Assembly (NCBI GenBank): GCA_050951325.1
Contig: JBMNIW010000012.1
Location: forward strand, 480,001-544,000
Direction of reading: 5' to 3'
DNA length: 64,000 nt
From: Clostridia bacterium
Lineage (GTDB): Bacteria > Bacillota > Clostridia > UBA1212 > DUPL01
Position 1 is the first letter of the stretch, and every line of letters begins with the position of its first letter. Below are positions 48,205 through 56,799 of this stretch, in pieces. The notes under the pieces are model-generated. The model was not told the DNA's origin. It did not search any database and worked only from the letters and a program-made list of their open reading frames with translations. A program made the position numbers and the translations under genes.

Positions 48205-49534
48205 AGCGTACTATTTTACAAAGAAAGGTTTAGTGTTGTTGATTATGTTGGCTGTGATTTGTAGTGCAGGCTGTAGCTCCAGCAGTAGAGGGGATTTAAA
48301 AAAGATATATGATGAGTATGAAGGCAATACTTTATTGATAGGCGGTTGGGTAACGCCCAGAGGAGAGTTTGTAAAAACTGCTGAAGAGGCAGAAGCAAGA
48401 TACAAGGAACTTGCAGATGCAGGAATCAACATGATGTACACTTTTGACGATACAGACGATCCTGATAGATTGAAAAGAGTCATGGACGCAGCAGAAAAAA
48501 GTGGAATCAAGCTTGTTGTCCATTTGGACTTAAATAATTTTAATCACTCATTGGATATAGTAAACATGACAAAGGATCATCCGGCAGTTATAGGATACAT
48601 CCTGAAGGATGAACCCCCTGCATCCTTGTTCCCCGGGCTCTTGGCTTTGAGGAAAAAAGTATACGATATTGTAGGGGATGACAAAATCATTATGATAAAT
48701 TTGTTACCCAACTATGCTAGTGACGCACAGTTGGGAGTAGTACCTAAGGATGGTAAAACATCTTATCAGATATATGTGGAGCAGAGTATGAAAATCGTTA
48801 ACCCTACCTTGTTGTGTACTGATTATTACATGTTCCGTGCCGGCAAGGATGGTGACCCAGGGGTGCTGGCTGGATATTATAGAAACATGTTTGATTTAAG
48901 AGATGCAGCGAATGAGTATGAAGTAGATCTATGGGGGTTTCTGCAGAATAGCGGCTGGGCAGGCATGAGGGAGCCGAACAAGGCCGAGCTTCGTTTTTCT
49001 GCTCATGTAAATCTGGCTTTCGGAGTCAAGTGCCTTGCGTACTTTCTGTGCTGGAATCCACATGCGGACAGTATAAAGGGTGATGGCAGATATGATCCTA
49101 CCAGCATGATATCTTATGACGGGAAGATAACTGACAACTATTACAAGGTTCAAGCCATAAACAAGGAGCTGCATGCAATGAAAGGTGTTTATCTTGATTA
49201 CAAACATAAAGGCATTATCATGTATGAAAAAACACCTTTTGTAAAAAGCACAATTCCTGAGGAAAACCTTTTGGAGTCTTTTAATGAACTGGTGAGCTTG
49301 GATGCAGCAAGGAACACCCTTGTCGGATGCTTTGAAAAAGAAGGCAAAACAGGTCTATATGTGGTAAACTGTGATTATTCTGATAATGGAGTCAATACTG
49401 TCAAGTTGAAGCTTAATGACAAGCACACGTACAGAATATGGAGCAAGGATGGATTGATTGCACAGAAGAAATCGGATACAGTCAGTCTCAAGCTTATTCC
49501 GGGAGAAGGTGTGTTTGTACAGATAATTGATTAG
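48194..49534 (+). CDS. Lipoprotein, putative TIM-barrel glycoside hydrolase of unassigned family
   Basis: Lipobox SAGC; ELADAGIN, HPAVIGYILKDEP, INLLPNY, WGFLQ; start 48191 or 48194 after GGAGG. Confidence 0.6.
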   Translation: MKSKAYYFTKKGLVLLIMLAVICSAGCSSSSRGDLKKIYDEYEGNTLLIGGWVTPRGEFVKTAEEAEARYKELADAGINMMYTFDDTDDPDRLKRVMDAAEKSGIKLVVHLDLNNFNHSLDIVNMTKDHPAVIGYILKDEPPASLFPGLLALRKKVYDIVGDDKIIMINLLPNYASDAQLGVVPKDGKTSYQIYVEQSMKIVNPTLLCTDYYMFRAGKDGDPGVLAGYYRNMFDLRDAANEYEVDLWGFLQNSGWAGMREPNKAELRFSAHVNLAFGVKCLAYFLCWNPHADSIKGDGRYDPTSMISYDGKITDNYYKVQAINKELHAMKGVYLDYKHKGIIMYEKTPFVKSTIPEENLLESFNELVSLDAARNTLVGCFEKEGKTGLYVVNCDYSDNGVNTVKLKLNDKHTYRIWSKDGLIAQKKSDTVSLKLIPGEGVFVQIID

Positions 49535-49541
49535 AATCAGG

Positions 49542-49572
49542 AAGCGGTGCAAGATTCGCACCGCTTATTTTT
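49542..49572 (+). terminator. Intrinsic terminator
   Basis: AAGCGGTGC-7 nt-GCACCGCTT followed by ATTTTTT. Confidence 0.8.
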
Positions 49573-49620
49573 GTTCAGTAATGGCATTTTGTCTTATCCG
49601 GGTGCATATTTGCAACTAAT

Positions 49621-50208
49621 GATGAAATCTTAGGTGAATTCATAACCATAGCCGGGCCTTCTGGAAAAGGCAAATCAACTCTTTTAAATCTGGTTTCAGG
49701 GTTTGTTAAACCTACAGGAGGAGAAATATGGGTTGACGGAAAAAATCTGAACAAGATGAATGACGCCCAAGTATGCGATTACAGGAACAAACGTATTGGC
49801 TACATATTTCAAACCTTCAACCTTATACAGCAGTTTAACGTGCGGGACAATGTGGCTGTACCACTTCTGCTTTCAGGCATGAAAAAGAAAGAATCATACA
49901 AAAAGGTTTAAGAACTCCTTGAAAAGGTTGGCATGACAAACCGCATGTTTGAGTATCCAAGAACTCTTTCAGGAGGAGAGCAGCAGAGGGTGGCCTTTGC
50001 AAGAGCTATGGCAAACAGTCCGGATATTATTCTTGCCGACGAACCAACAGGTAACCTTGATACACGGAACGGAGAGATTATTGTAAATCTACTGATGGAA
50101 ACGAACAAGGAATATGGCACAACTGTTTTATGCGTATCTCATGATGAAAGGATAATAGAAAAAGGGCAGAGGACAATTTTGATTGAGGAAATTACATGTG
50201 TTGAATAA
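49621..50208 (+). pseudogene. Disrupted LolD/MacB-type ABC ATP-binding protein
   Basis: One frame gives [17 protein letters not shown], then TAA at 49909-49911, then LSGGEQQRVA, ILADEPTGNLD, VSHD; the usual N-terminus, RBS and permease partner are absent. Confidence 0.85.
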
Positions 50209-50241
50209 AGGGCCTGTTGCAATCTGCATCAGCCCCTTTTT
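50207..50241. terminator. Imperfect hairpin terminator between convergent units
   Basis: AAAGGGCCTGTTGCA..TGCATCAGCCCCTTTT. Confidence 0.55.
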
Positions 50242-50244
50242 GTG

Positions 50245-51387
50245 CTATAATATCTCTTTGTAGCTTCCAAGATAGTTGAACTGCTCTATACCGCACTCAA
50301 GCTCGCTTATGAGCATGAACAACTCCGGTGTGTATACTGATGTGTCTATGTCGAAGTAGAACAGGAACTCAAAGTCTCTGCCCGGTATTGGCCTTGACTC
50401 AATTTTTGCAAGATTCAGGCCAAGGGCGTAAAACCTTGCCAGCACATGGTAGAGAGCACCTGGTTTGTGGGGTATTGTAAGGGTTATGCTGGTTCTGTCT
50501 GCTCCGGGATATATCTCAAGATCCTTGGATATGCATATGAATCTTGTATAGTTGTTGTCATTGTTCTGTATGTTGTAGGACAAAACAGCAAGATTGTATA
50601 TGTCAGCACAATCCTTTGATGAAATTGCAGCTATGTCATCCCTTCCAGACTCGGATACATACTTTGCAGCAAGGGCGGTATTATCTATCTTCGTTACCTT
50701 TACTCCCTTCAAGGTAGCAAGAAAATCGCTGCACTGGTTCAGCGCCTGTTCATGGGACACAACCTCCTTGATATCTGACAATTTTACTCCTCTTTTAGCC
50801 AGAAGTGTATGATCAACCCTGAGGCGGGCGCTTCTAACGATAAAGAATTTGTACTTGCCCATAAGGTCATAGACCTGATTGACCGAGCCTGCGGTACTGT
50901 TTTCAAGTGGCAGAACTCCATAATGGCAAAGACCTTTCTCGACAGCTTGAAATACCGCTTCAAAGCTGTTGAAATACATAATAGTTGGTATTTTAAACAG
51001 CTTGTCGCAGGCAAACTGTCCATATGAGCCTTCATCGCCCTGGACTGCAACAACAGCCTTTTCAGGGAACTGACGTGGAGTCATCTTTGATCTGTCCGCA
51101 ATTATTTTTGCCAGATTGGTAGCTTGGTTTACACAGGAGTACTGATATGAGCGGCTTAGGTCCATAAGGGTGTTGAACAGCATTCTGCTGAATATCTCAA
51201 GGCCAGTTTCGGCATTTTCATCCACTTTGCGTATTAGTTCTCTTTCTCTTTTCTTGTCCTGTATGGGAAGGTTGTTTTCCTTTTTGTATTTGGCAATTTC
51301 CAGGGAAATCTTCATCCTCTGGGTAAACAGTTTCAAAATCTCGCTGTCTATACTATCAATCTTGTCTCTTAATTCATTAATATCCAT
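50245..51387 (-). CDS. pheA: Bifunctional chorismate mutase / prephenate dehydratase
   Basis: LRDKIDSID (CM), LPLENSTAGSV, SHEQAL, NYTRF, ACT domain PGAL..LAKIESRP. Confidence 0.93.
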   Translation of the reverse strand: MDINELRDKIDSIDSEILKLFTQRMKISLEIAKYKKENNLPIQDKKRERELIRKVDENAETGLEIFSRMLFNTLMDLSRSYQYSCVNQATNLAKIIADRSKMTPRQFPEKAVVAVQGDEGSYGQFACDKLFKIPTIMYFNSFEAVFQAVEKGLCHYGVLPLENSTAGSVNQVYDLMGKYKFFIVRSARLRVDHTLLAKRGVKLSDIKEVVSHEQALNQCSDFLATLKGVKVTKIDNTALAAKYVSESGRDDIAAISSKDCADIYNLAVLSYNIQNNDNNYTRFICISKDLEIYPGADRTSITLTIPHKPGALYHVLARFYALGLNLAKIESRPIPGRDFEFLFYFDIDTSVYTPELFMLISELECGIEQFNYLGSYKEIL

Positions 51388-51388
51388 T

Positions 51389-52480
51389 TCATTCCGCCCT
51401 TTCATATATTAATAAATCCAATAAGGCTATCGCACATGCCGCTTCAACAACAGGCACCGCTCTTGGTACAATACAAGGATCGTGACGTCCTTTTATTTCA
51501 AGAATGGTGTTTTCCTTTCTGGATAAACTTATCGACCTTTGCTTCTGTGCAATGGAGGAGGTAGGCTTGATTGCGACTCTGTATATAATTGGCATGCCGG
51601 AAGATATTCCTCCAAGAATACCCCCATGGTTGTTTGTATATGTTTTGATTGTGCCTTCATCGTCGTAATAGAATTCATCGTTGTTTTCGGAGCCTTTCAT
51701 TTCAGAAACCATGAAACCTGCACCAAACTCAATGCCTTTGACGGCTGGAATTCCAAAGGTTACTTTCGCTATGTTGTTTTCTATTCCGTCAAATATAGGT
51801 TCTCCAATACCTGCAGGCAATCCCACTACAGCACATTCAATTGTTCCGCCTACTGAATCCATGGACATTCTGGCACTTTCTATCCTTTCTCTCATAAGCG
51901 CGCCTTTTTCATCATCCAGTACGGGAAACTCCTTTTCCTTTATGCTTTCAAGTTCCTCCCTGCCAATACTGACAGGGTCAAAAGGTTTGTCCATTACATC
52001 CTGAATTCTGGCAATATGAGCACCTATTGTTATGCCCTGTTTCTCCAACATCTGCATGCATATGTTCCCCGCAAAGCAAAGAGGCGCAGTCAGCCTGCCT
52101 GAGAAATGGCCTCCTCCTCTTATGTCGTTGGCTCCCTGGTATTTTACATATGCAGGGAAGTCTGCATGGCCAGGTCTTGGCATGTCCCTTAAGTTATCGT
52201 AATCCTTGGACCTTGTGTCGGTATTGTGGATAACTGCACAAATTGGAGCACCCACTGTAACATTATCTACAATTCCAGAGAGTATTTCAGGCATGTCCTT
52301 TTCTCTTCTCTGAGTACTGTAAATATTTCTGCCAGGAGCTCGTCTTTCCATAAATCCATGCAATTTATCCATGTCTATTTCAATGCCTGCTGGTATGCCG
52401 TCCATGACAACACCAATGGCTTTTGAATGGGACTGTCCAAATATCTGAACTTTTATTCTATTCCCGTAGCTCGATGACAT
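51389..52480 (-). CDS. aroC: Chorismate synthase
   Basis: FGQSHS, PRPGHAD, RGGGHFSGRLT, IPAVKGIEFG, KPTSSI, GRHDPCIVPRA. Confidence 0.96.
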   Translation of the reverse strand: MSSSYGNRIKVQIFGQSHSKAIGVVMDGIPAGIEIDMDKLHGFMERRAPGRNIYSTQRREKDMPEILSGIVDNVTVGAPICAVIHNTDTRSKDYDNLRDMPRPGHADFPAYVKYQGANDIRGGGHFSGRLTAPLCFAGNICMQMLEKQGITIGAHIARIQDVMDKPFDPVSIGREELESIKEKEFPVLDDEKGALMRERIESARMSMDSVGGTIECAVVGLPAGIGEPIFDGIENNIAKVTFGIPAVKGIEFGAGFMVSEMKGSENNDEFYYDDEGTIKTYTNNHGGILGGISSGMPIIYRVAIKPTSSIAQKQRSISLSRKENTILEIKGRHDPCIVPRAVPVVEAACAIALLDLLIYERAE

Positions 52481-53753
52481 CGAAAACACCCTTTCTTCTC
52501 TTGAAATCATCAAAGAATGTAGGATATGATTTGTTTACCGCTTCTGCGTTTTTAATAATCACATCATTTTTGCATGCACCTGCAGCAATTGCCATAGACA
52601 TGGCAATCCTATGATCATTATAACTGTCTGCAATACCGCCTTCAAGCATTTCTTTGCCATTAATAACTAAACTGTCTTCAAATTCTGTAATGTCTGCACC
52701 CAGATTTCTTAGGTTTTGTGCAACAGTACTCAATCTATCGCTTTCCTTTATTCTAAGTCTGTATGCGTTATATATTCTGGTTGTGCCTTTGGAAACAGAG
52801 GCAAGTGTTGCAATAATTGGTACCAAGTCTGGAATTTTTGCAGCATCTACATCCCTTGCAAGCAGGTTGTTTCTTGTAACCTTGTAACCATCATCAATCT
52901 TTTCGACCTTTGCACCAACACGGATTAGATGCTCCACAATATATTTGTCTCCCTGAAGAGATCGTTCGTTGACCCCTTTAATAACCATGCCTTCCTCACT
53001 CATGGCTCCTGCCACAAACCAGAATGCTGCATTGGACCAATCGCCTTCAGCTTCAATATGTTTCGGTGAAGTGTATTTTTGTCCGCCAGTTACATAAAAG
53101 CAGGTGTTTTCATTTTCTCTTGTTTCCTGCACCTTTATTCCATATTTTCTTAACGTGTTAAGGGTCATGTCAATATAGGGCCGGGATTCTACCGGCGGCG
53201 TAATTATCAACTTGCTTTCTTCCTGTAAAAGAGGGAGCGCAAACAAAAGACCTGTGACAAACTGGGAGCTTATGTTTCCAGCAATTTTAAAGATGCCAGG
53301 TGTTAATTTCCCTTCCAATACAAGAGGAAGGTACGCATCGTCAGGCCTCTTAATCCTGACTCCATGGGCTTCAAGCTCCTCCACAAGAGGGGAAAGGGGT
53401 CTTTCTGGAAGTCTTCCTCTGCCTGTAAAGGTGGCATTAATGCCCAGTGCTGCAGCAATCGGAATAAAGAATCTCAAAGTAGAGCCGCTTTCGTTGCAGT
53501 CAAAGTGATATTCCTTGTCAACATCAATTGGCACTGGTTTGATTTTAAGCATGTTGTGTGCGTAATCGACTGTGCAGCCTGCTTCCCTTATGCAGTCAAT
53601 GGTCGCCTTAATATCTTCCGACATTATGTTTACATGAAGATTTGTCTCATTTTTTGACAATAAAGAACCAATCAGAATGCGATGCGCATCTGATTTTGAT
53701 GAAATTGCCTCAATTTCACCACTAAGTTTTCCTGGTTTAATCCGTACATCCAT
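52458..53753 (-). CDS. aroA: 3-phosphoshikimate 1-carboxyvinyltransferase (EPSP synthase)
   Basis: SKSDAHR, ESGSTLRF, ISSQFVTGLL, EGDWS, LRIKESDR, DHRIAMS, KSYP. Confidence 0.96.
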   Translation of the reverse strand: MDVRIKPGKLSGEIEAISSKSDAHRILIGSLLSKNETNLHVNIMSEDIKATIDCIREAGCTVDYAHNMLKIKPVPIDVDKEYHFDCNESGSTLRFFIPIAAALGINATFTGRGRLPERPLSPLVEELEAHGVRIKRPDDAYLPLVLEGKLTPGIFKIAGNISSQFVTGLLFALPLLQEESKLIITPPVESRPYIDMTLNTLRKYGIKVQETRENENTCFYVTGGQKYTSPKHIEAEGDWSNAAFWFVAGAMSEEGMVIKGVNERSLQGDKYIVEHLIRVGAKVEKIDDGYKVTRNNLLARDVDAAKIPDLVPIIATLASVSKGTTRIYNAYRLRIKESDRLSTVAQNLRNLGADITEFEDSLVINGKEMLEGGIADSYNDHRIAMSMAIAAGACKNDVIIKNAEAVNKSYPTFFDDFKRRKGVFDVIELRE

Positions 53754-53754
53754 A

Positions 53755-54807
53755 CTACATACCTGCTTCAAAATATTTTTCCAAGTCCTTCACATCTATT
53801 GTCTGCAAAAAGCATTCACCAATTCTTTTCGGCAATACCAGATTAATCTTTTCTCCCTGTCTTTTCTTGTCTGACAAGGCAGCATTGATTAATGTTTCAA
53901 CATCATAAGGACATTGTGTAGGAAGATTGTATAGTCTTAGAGTTTCGACAAGTCTGTCAGTTATGTCTTCATCTGAGAAACCTAACTTGTATGCCGCTTT
54001 GGAGGCCATACACATGCCTATTGCAACGGCGGAACCGTGGCTCAAAGTGTAATTGCTTGCCTTCTCGATGGCGTGTCCGTAAGTGTGTCCATAGTTTAAA
54101 AGCTGCCGTACTCCCATATCACGTTCATCTTCATTTACAATATCTCTTTTTATGGACACACATCGTTCTATAACTTCCTCCATTTTATCCTTAAGCAAAT
54201 TCATTTCAGCCAGATTAAAAAGATGCTCATCTTTTATAACTCCATACTTGACAACCTCAGCAACACCATCTGAGAAGACATGGTCAGGCAGTGTTTCCAG
54301 GGTTGAATAATCACAAAGCACAAGGTCTGGCTGATAAAATGCTCCTGCTAGGTTTTTCCCTTCATCCAGATTAATTGCGGTCTTGCCTCCGACGGAAGAA
54401 TCTACGCAAGCAAGGAGGGTGGTGGGTATCTGCACAAACTTGACTCCTCTGAGATATGTAGCTGCGGCAAAGCCAGCCACATCTCCTGGGATTCCGCCTC
54501 CCAGCGCAATGATAATGTCTGATCTTGTTAGTTTGTTTGAGGCAAGAAAGTTAAGTATATTTACAAAGTTTTCTGCACCTTTTGAGTTTTCACCAACTGG
54601 AAATACATATTTTACCACCTTGTGGCCGGACTTTTCCAGAGATTCAACAACAACGGGCGAATACATACTATCCACAGTTTCGTCTGTAATTATGCAATTG
54701 GTTTTTACTCCAAATTTGTCTTTTAGAATATCGCCGGTATTTTTCAAAATATCTGGAGATATAACAACATCGTATGATTTTGATGCATTTACTGTAACAA
54801 TAGCCAT
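53755..54807 (-). CDS. aroB: 3-dehydroquinate synthase
   Basis: GENSK, ALGGG, PTTLLACVDSSVGGKT, KNLAGAFYQP, LNYGHTYGHAIE, DKK. Confidence 0.96.
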   Translation of the reverse strand: MAIVTVNASKSYDVVISPDILKNTGDILKDKFGVKTNCIITDETVDSMYSPVVVESLEKSGHKVVKYVFPVGENSKGAENFVNILNFLASNKLTRSDIIIALGGGIPGDVAGFAAATYLRGVKFVQIPTTLLACVDSSVGGKTAINLDEGKNLAGAFYQPDLVLCDYSTLETLPDHVFSDGVAEVVKYGVIKDEHLFNLAEMNLLKDKMEEVIERCVSIKRDIVNEDERDMGVRQLLNYGHTYGHAIEKASNYTLSHGSAVAIGMCMASKAAYKLGFSDEDITDRLVETLRLYNLPTQCPYDVETLINAALSDKKRQGEKINLVLPKRIGECFLQTIDVKDLEKYFEAGM

Positions 54808-55632
54808 TTACATATCCACCCTTTTCTTTATGTCTGCTCCTTCCTTAAGAAGCTGCCTGATCGTGTCGGCATCTCTTTCCTTGATAGCCTTGTTTATCTT
54901 TACAAGGTTATCGATTAAAAAATCGATTTCGTTAGTCAAATTGTCAGCATTTTCAAGAAACAGCTCCGTCCACATATCCGGATTAAGGTATGCAACCCTT
55001 GTCAAATCCATGTAGCTGCCTGCCGAAAAACCTTTGTGTTTTTCCGAAGCAGGACTTTTTACATAAGCGTTTGACACCACATGAGCAAGCTGCGATGTAT
55101 ATGCAATCATTGCGTCATGTTCTTCTTTTGTAGTTATTGTGATATAGCAGCCAATTTGTTCAAAAAGCTCAGCAAGTACTTTCGGACACTCTGTGTTTTC
55201 TTCAGGTACCAGTATCATGGAGGCTTTGTTAAACAGTGTAGGAGAGGCGTAATCTATTCCAGAGAACTGTCTTCCTGCCATAGGATGTCCACCTACAAAA
55301 GTAAAGTTATTGTCTTTTGTGTTCGCCCATATTTCCTCGCATACGGATCTTTTAACACCTGCACAGTCTACAACAATTGCCCCTCTTTTGAAGCTGTCCC
55401 TATTCTTCAGTACAAACTTTACCACATCTTTCGGATACAAGGCCAATACTACTATGTCGCATTCGGTAAGAAGGTCATTATCCAGTACTTTGTCGATGAA
55501 GCCCAGTTTGAGCGCTTTTTTGATTGTTTTCTCATCCAAATCATAGCCAAAAACGGCATGGCTTGTCTTGGAATTGAATGCCCCGGCGAGGGATGCACCT
55601 ATCAAGCCGAGGCCGATTATCCCGATATTCAT
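54808..55632 (-). CDS. tyrA: Prephenate dehydrogenase
   Basis: IIGLGLIG, GGHPMAG, EHD..IAYTSQLAH, DLTRVA. Confidence 0.92.
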   Translation of the reverse strand: MNIGIIGLGLIGASLAGAFNSKTSHAVFGYDLDEKTIKKALKLGFIDKVLDNDLLTECDIVVLALYPKDVVKFVLKNRDSFKRGAIVVDCAGVKRSVCEEIWANTKDNNFTFVGGHPMAGRQFSGIDYASPTLFNKASMILVPEENTECPKVLAELFEQIGCYITITTKEEHDAMIAYTSQLAHVVSNAYVKSPASEKHKGFSAGSYMDLTRVAYLNPDMWTELFLENADNLTNEIDFLIDNLVKINKAIKERDADTIRQLLKEGADIKKRVDM

Positions 55633-55643
55633 CTCTTTTCCTC

Positions 55644-56672
55644 TCATATTTCTACCAGTTTTCTATCAGTGAAAATCGTAAACATCTTCTTTACGTCCTG
55701 CATCAAATCATCAAACTGTGCTGGATTTAATGACTGAGCACCATCACTTAAAGCCTTCTCAGGATCATTGTGAACTTCAACCATTATTCCGTCTGCGCCT
55801 GCAGCAATTGCTGCAAGAGAAAGAGGAGGCACTATTGGTGCAATTCCAGATGCGTGGGACGGGTCGACTAGTACGGGTAGGTGGGAGTACTGTTTCAGTA
55901 GCGGAACAGCTGCAATATCAAGGGTGTTTCTTGTTGACGTCTCAAAGGTCCTAATCCCTCTTTCACACAAGATAACGTTATTGTTTCCACCTGCCATAAT
56001 GTATTCGGCGGACATTAAAAACTCGTTGAGTGTGTTTGCAAGACCTCGTTTTAGAAGAATCGGTTTTCTTGTCATTCCCAATTCCTTCAATAGTTCAAAG
56101 TTCTGCATATTGCGTGCGCCAACCTGAATTATGTCCACATCCTCAAACAATGGAAGGCTTCCTACATCCATAATCTCAGTTACTATGGGGAGGCCGGTTT
56201 CCTTTTTTGCTTCAAGGAGCATTTTTATACCCTTGTCTCTGTGTCCTTGGAAAGCATAAGGTGATGTGCGAGGTTTGAAAGCACCGCCCCGCAAAAGTGT
56301 TGCTCCTGATTTTTTTACTGACTTTGCAACTTCAATAATCTGCTCGGTTGATTCAACGGAGCAAGGACCTGCAATAACATTGAAATGTCCTCCGCCAATT
56401 TTTATACCGCATACATCCAGGACAGTATCGTCGGGATGAAACTTTCTGTTGGCATTTTTGTAGGGCTCGGAAATGCGCATGACGCTTTCCACAATATTTA
56501 GGCCCTTTAGAAGTTCAATATCTATTGCACTTACATCACCAATGAGGCCTATGATTGTCTGGTATCTACCCTTTGACAAATGCACGTCGAGACCCTGGTT
56601 TTTAAGCCACTCTATTAAATTGTATAGCTGTTTTTCTTCTGCGTTTTTTCTTAAAATTAATACCATTGACAT
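55644..56672 (-). CDS. aroF: DAHP synthase type I-beta with N-terminal regulatory domain
   Basis: IAGPCSVE, RGGAFKPRTSPY, QVGARNMQNF, LLKRG, CERGIRTFE, VDPSH; start 56672 or 56666. Confidence 0.95.
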   Translation of the reverse strand: MSMVLILRKNAEEKQLYNLIEWLKNQGLDVHLSKGRYQTIIGLIGDVSAIDIELLKGLNIVESVMRISEPYKNANRKFHPDDTVLDVCGIKIGGGHFNVIAGPCSVESTEQIIEVAKSVKKSGATLLRGGAFKPRTSPYAFQGHRDKGIKMLLEAKKETGLPIVTEIMDVGSLPLFEDVDIIQVGARNMQNFELLKELGMTRKPILLKRGLANTLNEFLMSAEYIMAGGNNNVILCERGIRTFETSTRNTLDIAAVPLLKQYSHLPVLVDPSHASGIAPIVPPLSLAAIAAGADGIMVEVHNDPEKALSDGAQSLNPAQFDDLMQDVKKMFTIFTDRKLVEI

Positions 56673-56769
56673 ACACCATTTTCTATATGAGAAATAATCT
56701 GTTCTGGTGAACAGATTTGGGGAAATATTAACCGCTTTGATTTCTGCGGAAGTTTTGAGTTTAAATATC

Positions 56770-56799
56770 ATTCTACCACATGATAAAAGCATGTGTCAA
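56770..56799 (-). promoter_or_regulatory. Sigma-A promoter for the aro operon, with an internal palindrome
   Basis: On the minus strand TTGACA-18 bp-TAGAAT with extended TG; CACATG-7 bp-CATGTG spans the spacer. Confidence 0.65.

Noticed and set aside
54383-55737. Plus-strand ORFs of 210 and 218 aa
   Set aside because: Antisense to aroB and tyrA, with no motifs
56673-56792. 40-aa N-terminal extension of aroF in the ORF track
   Set aside because: It overlaps the predicted promoter and hairpins; the DAHP synthase-like sequence starts at 56672/56666
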